This document shows, piece after piece, positions 1 to 10,876 of a stretch of 64,000 bases of DNA. Both the position numbers and the translations under genes were made by a program. Position 1 is the stretch's first letter, and each line of letters starts with the position of its first letter. The notes beneath the pieces were generated by a model. That model was given only the letters and a program-made list of their open reading frames with translations. It was not told the DNA's origin and ran no database searches. The DNA is from Candidatus Zhuqueibacterota bacterium (GTDB taxonomy: Bacteria; Zhuqueibacterota; Zhuqueibacteria; Thermofontimicrobiales; Thermofontimicrobiaceae): NCBI GenBank assembly GCA_049322915.1, contig JBMOPW010000014.1, forward strand, positions 733,527 to 797,526, written 5' to 3'.

Positions 1-69
1 TTATTATTTGCATTCTGATAACTTATTCTCAGCATTGTTATATATTTTCTTTCAAGTAAACGAGTTATA

Positions 70-1296
70 TTGAAAATAATGAAAAATACTCTAAAAAAAA
101 TATTGATTGTTTGTGATAGTTTTGGATTCCCACATGGTAGAGCCAGTGCAGGTAGAGTTAAAAACATTGCTTATGGGTTGCATCAGAATGGTGTCGACGT
201 TCATATATTAATTACTGTACCATCGGAAAGAAAGCGCAGCGTACTAAATATTCACCATTGTGGTTCAGGCCAGGATTTTAGTTATAATTATTCATTTAAC
301 AACACAATACTTTCAGATTCGAAGATAAAAAGAATGTTTCAAAAGTGTTATGGTTTATTGATGTCGTGTTATTTTCTAATTAACAATAAAGAAACACTTG
401 ATTTTGTAATTTTCTATGCCAGAAAAACTCAAACTCTATTTTTACTTGGATTGATCTGCCGCTCTTTAAAAATTAAAACTGCAGTAGAACTGTGTGAGTG
501 GCCTGAATCATTTATTAGAAAATCTAAATTTCAAACTTATATCAAGAAAATATATTCTATAAATGTTTTCAAATGGGTGGATAGCGCTATTGTAATTTCC
601 ACTTTCCTGGCAAAGAAAGTGCAGGAATATGAGAGCCAAAGTGGAAGATCATGTCCTTCATTCCTTCTTCCGATATTGGTTAGAAAATCTGAATTTGTAA
701 ATGGAATGAAAACATCTGCGAATGGTAATAGTATAGTTTTTTGTGGCAATCTTGACTATATTGAGTTAATAGAGTTTTTATTTGATTCTATTCAAGTTTT
801 AATTGATAGTGATATCGATTTTAAATTAGTTATTATTGGGAGCGCTGATATTCCCGGAAACTTGGAGAAGTTAAAATCAAAGGCGACAGAAAAAAACCTT
901 GAAAAATATGTTTATTTTACTGGATATATTTCAAAACGTGAATTATTAAATTATTATCGTGAAGCTTCAGTTCTTGCTATACCTTTGCCTTCAGGTATCC
1001 GTTCAGAAGCAAGGTTCCCGACAAAGATTGGTGAATATTTAATTTCCGGTAGACCTATTGTTACAACAAAAGTAGGGGATATTCCCAAATATATGAAAAA
1101 CTTAGAAACTTGTTTTATGGTAGAACCTGATTCTCCCTATTTATATGGCGAAGCGTTAAGAATGGCATTAAATGATAAACCATTCGCTGAAAAAATAGCA
1201 GAAAGAGGAAAGCAAGTAGCGGTTGGGTATTTTGATCCAATAATTGAATGCAAAAAATTGCTTCATTTTCTTAACGATCAGCATATCATCAATTAA
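70..1296 (+). CDS. GT4 family glycosyltransferase
   Basis: C-terminal GT-B motif RFPTKIGEYLISGRPIVTTKVGDI; ATG at 79 is an alternative start. Confidence 0.88.
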   Translation: MKIMKNTLKKILIVCDSFGFPHGRASAGRVKNIAYGLHQNGVDVHILITVPSERKRSVLNIHHCGSGQDFSYNYSFNNTILSDSKIKRMFQKCYGLLMSCYFLINNKETLDFVIFYARKTQTLFLLGLICRSLKIKTAVELCEWPESFIRKSKFQTYIKKIYSINVFKWVDSAIVISTFLAKKVQEYESQSGRSCPSFLLPILVRKSEFVNGMKTSANGNSIVFCGNLDYIELIEFLFDSIQVLIDSDIDFKLVIIGSADIPGNLEKLKSKATEKNLEKYVYFTGYISKRELLNYYREASVLAIPLPSGIRSEARFPTKIGEYLISGRPIVTTKVGDIPKYMKNLETCFMVEPDSPYLYGEALRMALNDKPFAEKIAERGKQVAVGYFDPIIECKKLLHFLNDQHIIN

Positions 1297-1307
1297 AATA
1301 TTTCGCA

Positions 1308-2417
1308 ATGAAAATATGTATAATATCTAAAAATGCATTCCTTGCTGTATCCAAAAAGAATAGTCAATTCGCTGGTGGAGCAGAGTTTCAATTGATTGGC
1401 CTGGCGAGGGCTTTGGTTAGTTATGGTCACCTGGTTTCAATTATTACTGATGATTTTGGGCAATATGAAAAGGAGATAACGAATGGATTAATCTATTATA
1501 AAGTTCCATTTCGATATATGGGTGGGGCGAATTTTTGGCTCATCCCTGATTGGTTCCGTCTTGCTAAAAAAATTTTGAGTATAGATGCTGATTTTTATAT
1601 TTTAAAAGGACCAAGGTTTCTTTTGGCTCTCTTGGGTTATATGAATAGCAGATTTCGAAAAAACGTAGTTTTTATTTCGACAATAGATACCGATAGTCAG
1701 CCTGAAATATTGAATAAGATTGATCCGTTCTATCATAGGATGCTGTATAAATTTGGATTGAAAAATATCTCGTATGTTGTTAGTCAATCGATAACACAAC
1801 AACAAAATTTTAAACTAAATTTTAATAAGAACAGTTGGATTATTAAAAATATATACAAAACAAAAAACAGTAATTCAGATAACAATAAACAAAATTATGT
1901 TTTATGGGTCGGTACAAATAACCAGTTGAAGCGTCCTGAGCTAATGCTGGTATTTGCTAAGTTGTTACCAGAGATAAAATTTAAAATGGCAATGATACCT
2001 TCCACCGATGCTGATATACAACAGAAGTTTGAGAGTGATGTTACACAGGTAACTAATATTGATTTTTTGGGTTTTGTACCCGAGTCGAAGATTGGAGAAT
2101 TATATGGGGAGGCATCATTATTAGTCAATTTCTCGAAACTTGAGGGATTCCCAAATGTTTTTCTTCATGCCTGGGCGAATAAAACGCCGGTCATTACGTT
2201 GGAAGTCGATCCGGATAACGTCATCAAAAAGTACGGTTTGGGCTATTGCGCCGAAACGATGGAAAACATGGTGAAACATGTCAAATCGTTGCTCCAGAAT
2301 CCAGAAAAACTAAAAGAAATTGGAGATAACTGTTATAATTATGTAAAAAAAGAGCATGCTCCTGAAGTCATTATTAGAAAGTACGAAGAACTATTCGAAA
2401 CTATTAGCCAGCGCTAA
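1308..2417 (+). CDS. GT4 family glycosyltransferase
   Basis: N-terminal GGAE and C-terminal EGFPNVFLHAW motifs. Confidence 0.9.
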   Translation: MKICIISKNAFLAVSKKNSQFAGGAEFQLIGLARALVSYGHLVSIITDDFGQYEKEITNGLIYYKVPFRYMGGANFWLIPDWFRLAKKILSIDADFYILKGPRFLLALLGYMNSRFRKNVVFISTIDTDSQPEILNKIDPFYHRMLYKFGLKNISYVVSQSITQQQNFKLNFNKNSWIIKNIYKTKNSNSDNNKQNYVLWVGTNNQLKRPELMLVFAKLLPEIKFKMAMIPSTDADIQQKFESDVTQVTNIDFLGFVPESKIGELYGEASLLVNFSKLEGFPNVFLHAWANKTPVITLEVDPDNVIKKYGLGYCAETMENMVKHVKSLLQNPEKLKEIGDNCYNYVKKEHAPEVIIRKYEELFETISQR

Positions 2418-2636
2418 TTCGAAGAGTGATAAGAAGATTTTATCATATTGATTGAAGTCATATATAATAAAATTTATAAATCGTTCTTATCGTTCATTTC
2501 TATTTTCAAGAAGTAAAAAGTATGTTCATGTTTCCTTTTTAAAATAATGTGGATTAATAAGTTATTAACATCAAAATCTAATGATACAACTTCGAGCCTT
2601 CGAGACCTGGAGGCAAAAAAGTATAGCCATTTAAAC

Positions 2637-3773
2637 ATGAATGATAAAATAAAAATTCTGCAACTATCTTCTGTTTTTGTTGACCGCGGCGTAGAACGAA
2701 TCATGCTGTGGCTATTTCAATTTTTGCCCAAAGAACGATACGTCGTGAAGATTGCTGTCTTGCGAAACAATGTTCCATTGGCGCATCGGATGAGACAGAA
2801 TGGAACGGATATCGTGGATGTTATTGGGATGAAAAACAGTCTGGACATTGGGGCGCTTTTTCGTTTTTTAAAATATATCAAAAAACTTAAACCGGATATT
2901 GTTCATATTCATCATTTTCGTACGGCTGTTTTGTGCAGACCATTGCTAAAATTGGCCGGCGTACCTGTTGTAATATATTCCGTCCATAATCAGTGGGGGG
3001 GCAAAATTCATTACGCGCTGGATCGCTGGACGACACGGTTTGGCGACGCCACGGTGCCTTTTTCTCTTGCTGTAAAGAAATTTTTGTTTGAACAAGAAGG
3101 GATGAATCCGGAGAAGGTACTCGACCCGATTTATATCGGCATTGATGTGGAAAAATTTCAAAAAGATTATTCCAATGAAAAACAAAATGTGATGGAAGAG
3201 TTTGGCCTAAAACCAACTGATAAAATACTCGGTTTTGTCGGCGCACTCTCGGAGCAAAAAGGATTGACTTTTCTGATCGAAGCTGTTCGGGATTTACGAA
3301 AAAAATACCCGGAATTAAAATGCCTGATCATCGGGGAGGGCGAACAGGAAAATCTTTTGAAAGCAAAGGTGGATTCATGTAATTTAGGGAGGCACATTTT
3401 CTTTTTAGGACAACGGTATGACATCCCGATTCTACTGAAGATTCTGGATGTTTTTGTATTGCCTTCTCTCTGGGAGGGTTTGCCCCAGGTTGTGCTGGAA
3501 GCCATGGCCGCCGGATGCCCGGTGGTTGCGACAGATGTGTGCGGCACCCCGGAAATAATTGATCATGAAGTAAATGGTTTGCTTGTACCTCCAAAGGACT
3601 CACTGGCGTTGAGCAATGCGATGACCAGAATATTTGATGATGCCGAATTGCGGGCAAAGATTGTAAGCAACGCTCACAGAACAATTGAAGAAAAATTCCA
3701 CGTAAAAACGATGATAGAAAATTTTGATAATTTATATCAAAAATTATTAAAAGAAAAAGCAGAGAGTGTTTAG
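2637..3773 (+). CDS. GT4 family glycosyltransferase
   Basis: PSLWEGLPQVVLEAMAAGCPVVATDV motif; start moved to ATG 2637 (MNDKIKILQL). Confidence 0.92.
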   Translation: MNDKIKILQLSSVFVDRGVERIMLWLFQFLPKERYVVKIAVLRNNVPLAHRMRQNGTDIVDVIGMKNSLDIGALFRFLKYIKKLKPDIVHIHHFRTAVLCRPLLKLAGVPVVIYSVHNQWGGKIHYALDRWTTRFGDATVPFSLAVKKFLFEQEGMNPEKVLDPIYIGIDVEKFQKDYSNEKQNVMEEFGLKPTDKILGFVGALSEQKGLTFLIEAVRDLRKKYPELKCLIIGEGEQENLLKAKVDSCNLGRHIFFLGQRYDIPILLKILDVFVLPSLWEGLPQVVLEAMAAGCPVVATDVCGTPEIIDHEVNGLLVPPKDSLALSNAMTRIFDDAELRAKIVSNAHRTIEEKFHVKTMIENFDNLYQKLLKEKAESV

Positions 3774-4017
3774 CTCGAAATCACATTATATCCCTTTTCC
3801 ATCCTCGCAGAATCCCTGGTTTTTAGTTCCTGCAGATGATCCAGGACCCTTTTTTTATTTTGTGAAATATATGATGTCATCAGGAAAGAGAAAACAACGC
3901 TGGATCATTAGCATGTTAAAAATATGTGTTTCCTGCGGGGGACATACATTATGGCCCGTATTAGCGAAAGTTTATTTAAATTGGTCTGAGATTCATGGGA
4001 ATAGGAAAAAGTTATAG
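3766..4017 (+). CDS. small hypothetical protein, possibly a gene fragment
   Basis: 83-aa ORF overlapping the upstream GT stop, same strand as the operon; no recognised motif. Confidence 0.4.
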   Translation: MFSSKSHYIPFPSSQNPWFLVPADDPGPFFYFVKYMMSSGKRKQRWIISMLKICVSCGGHTLWPVLAKVYLNWSEIHGNRKKL

Positions 4018-4338
4018 TGGGAAAAAAATTAAAACGATCCACCAGATTGCTGATGTTATCGAATAAATTTTATATTTCACAACTTAATTTCCGAAACCAC
4101 TATGTCATAAAAAAGGAGGCTTCTGGGGTATTGTATTTTAAAAAAGTGTCACCCCTGACCGGGTTTTTCTCATTGATTGGCTTGCCCTTTTTACCCATAT
4201 TCCATCCCTACGGGATTATTTTTTATCAACAATCGCAAAATAGGTTAAAGGTTTATGTTGGTAGCAATCTGTAAAATAAAGTCTATTAATCCACTAAAAT
4301 ACAACATCTAATAGCTAATATCAAACACCTTTGCTTTT

Positions 4339-5379
4339 ATGCACTCAACCACGATTGACCACATAACAGAATTCATATATGACAACAAAAACAAATGGGA
4401 TGTTGGACTTGAAAATAAAGATATTTCACTGATCAGCCGATCATCGACCTGGTTGGGGGAATCCGGAAAGACGGTTTACCTGGTTTTTGAAAAAAAAGCA
4501 AAACGACCCACGCTCATTTTAAAAACTGTAGCCAATAGAGAGGTCGGTTCGGTTATAGAGAAAGAAGCAAAAAACGTTCTTTTTTTATGGGAGAAATTTC
4601 CCGGGATATGTCAGGGTGTTGTCCCTGAACCGGTTGAATTAGCGGAGTTTAATGGATTACCGGTGTATGTTGAAAAAGCAGTCCCGGGCACAACATTGCC
4701 AGAATTGGCCGGGAACACGTGGACCGAAAAGCGGAAGTACGCAATATTAGATGACTGTACAGAATTTGGTTACAGATGGCTCGTGAAACTGATAAATAGC
4801 GCCAGGGTTAAATATAAAAAATTGGATAAAAACGATATCGAAAATTTGTTAATAAGAAAGATTAGATTATTTCAGGATACTTATACTTATAAAAAACAAG
4901 GAAGTCTTGTTGGATTAGAAAAATTCGCTGAAAAACTGGAAGGAAGCGAATTTCCCCTGGTACCCGGCCATGGAGACTTGTGGGGAGGGAGCCTCTTATG
5001 GGGCATTCATAAACAGTGGACCATTATTGATTGGGAATTTTTCAGTATAAATGCCATGCCATTTTTTGATTTTTTTATGTTAGCGGTTCATCCCGGTATC
5101 TGTTTCACGAAAAAGAAATGCTGTTTATTAGATGAGTTTACGTCGTGTTTTCTGGATAATCCGCATACACGTTTGGTGAGATATTCGCTAACTGCGTTGG
5201 CTGAAAGACTAAAAGTGGAAGCGAGTTTCATCCGGTTTATGTTCATGATGTTTTTGATTTCGATGAGCCTGGAAAGAGATGACGTTTCAAAACAAGGCGT
5301 TTTGGATGAAAAGACGACCTGGAAATCGTGTATCACATATTACTTGAACAATAAAGAAAGTATCAAAATTTTGCCATGA
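4339..5379 (+). CDS. APH/choline-kinase-like phosphotransferase
   Basis: Brenner-like HGDLWGGS and IIDWEF motifs. Confidence 0.8.
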   Translation: MHSTTIDHITEFIYDNKNKWDVGLENKDISLISRSSTWLGESGKTVYLVFEKKAKRPTLILKTVANREVGSVIEKEAKNVLFLWEKFPGICQGVVPEPVELAEFNGLPVYVEKAVPGTTLPELAGNTWTEKRKYAILDDCTEFGYRWLVKLINSARVKYKKLDKNDIENLLIRKIRLFQDTYTYKKQGSLVGLEKFAEKLEGSEFPLVPGHGDLWGGSLLWGIHKQWTIIDWEFFSINAMPFFDFFMLAVHPGICFTKKKCCLLDEFTSCFLDNPHTRLVRYSLTALAERLKVEASFIRFMFMMFLISMSLERDDVSKQGVLDEKTTWKSCITYYLNNKESIKILP

Positions 5380-6041
5380 TAAATAGTCAAAAAAATATTA
5401 TTAATTTTCCTCGATTCATTTATTTTGCAGGCGTGGATGGCACCGGGAAATCGACTTTTGTGGATATGCTCATACGAGATTTGGATAAAAAAGGCGTTAA
5501 AGGAAAGCGCGTATGGCTGCGCTTTAATTATTTTTTCACACGGTTCATTTTGCTGTATTGCCGATTGACCGGACTGACAAGAAGAGTGGATCAGGGTGAA
5601 AAAGTGATCAGTGTGCATGATTTTCATAAATCAAAACGCATTGCCAAAGCGGTTCAGTACATGCATTTTATTGATACCTGTATCATGTATTTTATTAAGG
5701 TATATATTCCGCTAAAATTCAGCAAGACGGTGATCCTGTGCGACCGTTTCGTGTATGATATTTTAGCGGATTTTATGTTGGAATCAAAAGATATGGAATT
5801 GCTCGATTCCGGAATTGCCAGAATGTTTTTAAAATTAATTCCGAGACAGGCGATTATCATTTTTATAACACTGGATAAAGAAACCATTTTAAAAAGAAAA
5901 CCGGAAGTATTAATTGATGATGAAGATTTTGATTTGAAATATGATATTTTTAAATATATTGAGAGTAAATTTAATTTTAATATTATTTTTAACGACACTG
6001 ATGTTGAACTAGTATATTTAAATATAAAAGAGTTAATATGA
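5376..6041 (+). CDS. thymidylate-kinase-like P-loop protein
   Basis: GVDGTGKST P-loop, CDRFVYD motif; ATGA overlap with upstream gene. Confidence 0.8.
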   Translation: MINSQKNIINFPRFIYFAGVDGTGKSTFVDMLIRDLDKKGVKGKRVWLRFNYFFTRFILLYCRLTGLTRRVDQGEKVISVHDFHKSKRIAKAVQYMHFIDTCIMYFIKVYIPLKFSKTVILCDRFVYDILADFMLESKDMELLDSGIARMFLKLIPRQAIIIFITLDKETILKRKPEVLIDDEDFDLKYDIFKYIESKFNFNIIFNDTDVELVYLNIKELI

Positions 6042-6101
6042 TAGCTATTTAGTTGATTATTGCAATTTTGCTTGTCAATGAAAAATGGGAGCTATTGTTG
6101 T

Positions 6102-7078
6102 ATGAATTGGAAAATTAAAGCTTGTTTGCAGAAATTGTTGTCAAAAAGTCGAATAGGAGATAGGGTAAATCATCTTAATGCATTAATGTCTAAAGATTAT
6201 GACTTCAATTTTGTGGATTATCATTTCAAAGAAGTTTTTAGGAAAATTGATTTGATGAATCAGCATAATGGATCTACAAAAAAGGATAAAATTGCTCTTG
6301 AACTTGGTACAGGATATTTTTTAATAGAGCCAATAATACTCAGCTTATTGGGATTTAAAAAAATTGTTACGGTCGATATTACTCCAGATTTAAAATTTAA
6401 GGCGGTTAAAAGACAAATAAAATATTTGGGAAATGATAAATATTTAAATAAAATTAAAAAAAATTCTGTACTGAATGATATTGAGCAAAAAAGGATTTTC
6501 TACAATTTAGAAAAGGCAGAATCATTGGAAAAAATATTTAATATTTGTAATATTAAATACATAGCACCGTATAAGTTAGATGATATAGAAATTCTGAATT
6601 TAAATTTTGATTTGATTTTTTCTCAAGTAGTATTAGAACATGTGCCCATTGATAAATTATTAGACCTGTTTAAATATTCTAAAAAATGGTTAAAAAAAAC
6701 TGGATTAATTATTCATGTAATAAATTTCACGATCATTTTACAATTCCAGGTATGTGGGGTGATAAATCTATTTCAGAATTTAATTTTCTAAAATATTCCG
6801 ATTCTGAATGGGAATTTTGGGCTGGAAACGATATTAGTTATGTCAATAGGTTAAGCTGGATCTTTTATTTTCAATTATCAAAATTATACGATTTGGAGGT
6901 TGTTAGTTTTGAAGGACAAAATTACAAGAAACAAAAATATTTCTCTATAAATATGATACACAAGGATATAGAAAAAAAATACCTTGAGCCTGTTGCTCAA
7001 TTAGAAGATTTAATTAAATACCAAAGAGGGATATTTGTTATTGGGCATAATCAAAAATCTGATATATTAATTAATTAA
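6102..7078 (+). pseudogene. class I SAM-dependent methyltransferase split by a -1 frameshift near 6728-6731
   Basis: LELGTG and FDLIFSQVVLEHV in the first frame; DHF...FNFLKYSDSEW...YVNRL continues in the -1 frame. Confidence 0.75.
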
Positions 7079-7321
7079 AATTCGGATATTAATATATTGC
7101 AGCAAATAATATTAATTCCATATAGATAATTAATGGAAATAATTTCAATGTTTTTGTTTAGAAAAATAATTAGAACAATCCAATGTGCTGATATGAAAAT
7201 AAAAATCAATATTTTTGATTTTTCTAATAATGAAAAAGAAAATCATTAGTATATTCAATTTGATAACGTGTGTGAAGAAAATTGCAGAACTATTTTGTAA
7301 ATAAGGTAATAAGGATGTTGT

Positions 7322-8014
7322 ATGAAGAAGAAAAAATTTTATTGGGAGTCCAAAAATAAAGCCCTAAGTCGAATAATGCATAGCAATGCAGGAATGATCT
7401 CAATAAATTGGTTCTTTCAGGGAATTTTGGGCATGGATAAAACAGAGAGAGTATTTAAGATTTTTATTGAATTATTATCAATAATTATTATGACATTAAT
7501 TTTAAATAATTTATTTAATTTAATATTCGCTATTATAATGTCTTTTATTACAATACATTCTTTGAACTGGTTGTTAAATGCTCATTTTTATGATGCAGTT
7601 GGGCGTTTTTTTTCACTCTGTGAGATGTCTGAGGCAAAAATGGTTGACTACCTCAATTCCGTTAAAGATCGAGCAGAAAGGAATAAAAGTATTATGGGTA
7701 TTTTGGTAATAGGAGGTATTACAAGAGGGAAAAAAATTGGCCCGACCTCTGACTTAGATATAAGATTTGTAAGAAATAAAGGTTTTATTAATGGTATTAG
7801 AGCGAGTATGTTTAGTTTTAACGAAAGAGTAAAGGCATTTTATCAAAAATTTCCATTAGACTTGTACACTTATGATAATTTAACGTCGCTCGATAAGCTC
7901 AGGAAAGATGAAGCTCCAATTATTGTTTTAGATCCAGATAATGTGCTTAAAAAGAAGTACAAAGAAAGAGGCTATTCATTATTGGAAGAATGGAAAATGC
8001 GTGGCCAGCAGTGA
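7322..8014 (+). CDS. membrane-anchored nucleotidyltransferase-domain protein
   Basis: Hydrophobic N-terminal helices then GGITRG...SDLDIRFV Pol-beta-like motif. Confidence 0.7.
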   Translation: MKKKKFYWESKNKALSRIMHSNAGMISINWFFQGILGMDKTERVFKIFIELLSIIIMTLILNNLFNLIFAIIMSFITIHSLNWLLNAHFYDAVGRFFSLCEMSEAKMVDYLNSVKDRAERNKSIMGILVIGGITRGKKIGPTSDLDIRFVRNKGFINGIRASMFSFNERVKAFYQKFPLDLYTYDNLTSLDKLRKDEAPIIVLDPDNVLKKKYKERGYSLLEEWKMRGQQ

Positions 8015-8459
8015 ACTAAAAATTTGCATCACGTTCTCTTCAGGAGGCCATTACCGCGAAGCCCGTTTAGCGTCCCGATTACTTGAAGGCGATATGTATT
8101 ATGTCACCTTTAGAACGCCCCATTTGGAAAAAGAGAGCGAAACAAAACGCTTTTATTTCATCGAACACCCGGGACGAAATTTGTTCCGGTTGATTAAAAA
8201 CGCTGTTCAGGCGTTTCGAATCATTCGAAAAGAAAAACCGGATGTTATTTTGTCAACCGGGGCGGATGTGGCAGTACCCACATGTATTATTGGAAAATTA
8301 TTCGGCGCTAAATTAGTTTATATTGAAAGCGGCGGTCAGGTGTATACGCCATCGTTATCAGGCAGATTGGTGCACCGTTTTGCAGATTTGTTTTTGGTAC
8401 AATGGGAACCGGCATTGAAAAATTTTCCCAATGCTGTCTATGGGGGACCGCTGTTTTGA
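8001..8459 (+). CDS. Alg14/PssD/CpsF-like glycosyltransferase subunit
   Basis: SSGGH, PDVILSTGADVAVP, VYIES, FLVQW motifs; GTG start inferred. Confidence 0.88.
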   Translation: MASSELKICITFSSGGHYREARLASRLLEGDMYYVTFRTPHLEKESETKRFYFIEHPGRNLFRLIKNAVQAFRIIRKEKPDVILSTGADVAVPTCIIGKLFGAKLVYIESGGQVYTPSLSGRLVHRFADLFLVQWEPALKNFPNAVYGGPLF

Positions 8460-8941
8460 TTTTTGTCAGTGTAGGAACAAATACATTGCCGTTTGATCGG
8501 TTGGTCAAAGAAGCGGATTCTATAGCAAAAGAATCTGATGAAACTTTTTTTATTCAACGGGGGCATTCGCCATACAAACCGGTTCATGCAAAATATTTTG
8601 ATTTTTGTGAGCCCCAAAATATGATCCACTACATTGAAGAAGCCGAAATTGTCATCTCCCATGCAGGATTTGGGATTATTGGCGACTGTATTGTTCGAAA
8701 TAAACGGCTCATTTTGGTGCCGCGAGAGTATGAATATGGTGAGGCTGTTGATAAACAGTTAGAATTAGCTGAATATTTAGCGAATACAGAACAAAGCATT
8801 ATTTGTGTTCGTGATGTAGCAAAATTGAAAAATGCTATAACGCAAATTAGAAATATACAACCAAAATATAAGTTTGAAACTAAAATTCCTGAAACGGTGA
8901 GAGATTTTGTAAATAAAAATTTTCTGCGATTATATTTATAA
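8456..8941 (+). CDS. Alg13/PssE/CpsG-like GT28 C-terminal subunit
   Basis: IFVSVGT...PFDRL, VISHAG, LVPR...GEAVD.Q motifs; TTG start overlapping partner stop. Confidence 0.88.
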   Translation: MIFVSVGTNTLPFDRLVKEADSIAKESDETFFIQRGHSPYKPVHAKYFDFCEPQNMIHYIEEAEIVISHAGFGIIGDCIVRNKRLILVPREYEYGEAVDKQLELAEYLANTEQSIICVRDVAKLKNAITQIRNIQPKYKFETKIPETVRDFVNKNFLRLYL

Positions 8942-9017
8942 GAAAAAAATGCTAGTTTAATTATTTTTATATCATTAAAGGCAAAAATATCAATTATATC
9001 TTTAGATAGGAGGACTT

Positions 9018-9848
9018 ATGAGTGAAATAAATGTAGAAAATGTTGATTTTTCTGTGGTTTTGGTAAGCACTAATCAGCTTAATCTATTAAAAAAATATTT
9101 ACATACCCTATTTCAAGTAAATGAAAAGGCAAAATTAGAAGTCGCTTGCATAGATAATGCGTGTACAGATGGTACAGCCGATTGGGTAAAAGAGAATTTC
9201 AAAGATATCGTGATAGTCAGAAACAATATCAAAAAATCATATTCCGAAAACATGAATTTGGGAATGAATATTTTGAAAAAAGGGAAATATTTTGTTGTAT
9301 TTAATCCAGATATACAGTGTTTACCTGGATTATGGGATGAATCATTGAAATTTATGAATGAAAATCCTGATGTTGGAATAATGGGCCCATGCTTACTAAA
9401 TGCTGATGGAAGCATTCAGTATTCTTGCAGGCGCTTTTCTACTCCACTAGCATTACTAATTAGAGGACTGCATCTAGATTCTATTTTCTTAGAAAACAAA
9501 GTAATTAAAGAATATTTAATGCTTGATTTTGGTCATAATTCAGTCAAAGATGTAGACTGGGTTATGGGGGCATTAATGGTTGTCAGACGTGAGGCTATTG
9601 AACAAGTGGGAGGAATGGATGAGAGGTACAAAATAACTTATGCAGAAGATCAAGATTGGTGCTGTAGAATGTGGCAAAACGGTTGGCGAGTAAGTTACGT
9701 CCCAATTGCAAAAGCCATTCATTGTCATCAGCGTGATGGAATGAGAAAGCCGTGGAGTAAAATGGCTAGGATTCAAACAATTAATACAATAATGATGCTA
9801 AAAAAATACAACTGGAAATTATCTAAAAAATCTTTCGAGGTGATCTGA
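9018..9848 (+). CDS. GT2 family glycosyltransferase
   Basis: IDNACTDGT, FNPD, VDWVMGA, EDQDWC motifs; RBS AGGAGG. Confidence 0.9.
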   Translation: MSEINVENVDFSVVLVSTNQLNLLKKYLHTLFQVNEKAKLEVACIDNACTDGTADWVKENFKDIVIVRNNIKKSYSENMNLGMNILKKGKYFVVFNPDIQCLPGLWDESLKFMNENPDVGIMGPCLLNADGSIQYSCRRFSTPLALLIRGLHLDSIFLENKVIKEYLMLDFGHNSVKDVDWVMGALMVVRREAIEQVGGMDERYKITYAEDQDWCCRMWQNGWRVSYVPIAKAIHCHQRDGMRKPWSKMARIQTINTIMMLKKYNWKLSKKSFEVI

Positions 9849-10876
9849 TGACTGACTGTAATAATAATTTAAACGGTCAAAAGGAGACAGTTCTTGTGAC
9901 AGGTGGCGCGGGATTTATTGGTTCACACGTTATAGATAATTTAATTGACTTAGGATATGACGTCGTTTGTTTGGATGATTTAAGTGGAGGATTCAAAGAA
10001 AATATTAATCAAAATGCAGAATTTATTGAGGGTAGTGTAGTAAATTCAAAATTAGTTGATTCTCTTTTTGATAAATTTAAATTTGATTATGTGTTTCATC
10101 TAGCTGCATATGCAGCGGAAGGCTTAAGCCATTTCATTAAAAGATTTAACTACACAAATAATCTTATTGGTAGTGCGAATCTTATTAATGCCTCAGTGAA
10201 TAGTTCTTCTGTTAAGTGTTTTGTATTTACATCTTCAATTGCAGTCTATGGTGAGAATCAGTTGCCTATGTCTGAAGATACAACACCTTTACCAGAAGAT
10301 CCTTATGGTATTGCAAAATACGCAGTAGAATTAGACCTTAAAGAAACTTATAAAATGTTTTCACTTCCATACATTATTTTTCGTCCACACAATGTCTATG
10401 GTGAGAGACAGAATATTGGTGATAAGTACAGGAACGTTGTCGGTATATTTATGAATCAAATTTTACATGGAAATTCCTTGACAATTTTTGGAGATGGAAA
10501 GCAAGAAAGAGCATTTAGCTATATTGATGATGTGGCCCCAATAATTGCTCAAAGTATAAGGAGAAGGGAAGTATATAATAAAATATTTAATGTGGGTGCT
10601 GATTATCCTTGCTCTGTAAATGAATTAGCAGCCGAAATCTCAAAAGCATTTAGCGTCCCTTTAAAGGTGGAATATCTGGAATCACGGAATGAAGTAAAAC
10701 TTGCTTATTCTTCCCATGAAAAAGTAAAAAAATATTTTGGTGATTTAACAAAAAACTATACACTGGGATATGGAATAAAACGTATGTCTGATTGGGTAAT
10801 TAAACATGGAGCAAGAGAAACCACCAAATTCGAAAATATAGAAGTTATGAAGAATTTACCAAAATCATGGAGATAA
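9848..10876 (+). CDS. NAD-dependent nucleotide-sugar epimerase/dehydratase
   Basis: TGGAGFIG and YGIAK (YxxxK) motifs. Confidence 0.92.
   Translation: MTDCNNNLNGQKETVLVTGGAGFIGSHVIDNLIDLGYDVVCLDDLSGGFKENINQNAEFIEGSVVNSKLVDSLFDKFKFDYVFHLAAYAAEGLSHFIKRFNYTNNLIGSANLINASVNSSSVKCFVFTSSIAVYGENQLPMSEDTTPLPEDPYGIAKYAVELDLKETYKMFSLPYIIFRPHNVYGERQNIGDKYRNVVGIFMNQILHGNSLTIFGDGKQERAFSYIDDVAPIIAQSIRRREVYNKIFNVGADYPCSVNELAAEISKAFSVPLKVEYLESRNEVKLAYSSHEKVKKYFGDLTKNYTLGYGIKRMSDWVIKHGARETTKFENIEVMKNLPKSWR

Noticed and set aside
4017..4274. 85-aa ORF
   Set aside because: No motif; overlaps what looks like a decayed palindromic repeat
6692..6699. Poly-A tract as the phase-variable site of the methyltransferase
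   Set aside because: The first frame still reads plausibly (WLKKTGLIIHVINF) past the tract; the break is ~30 nt later
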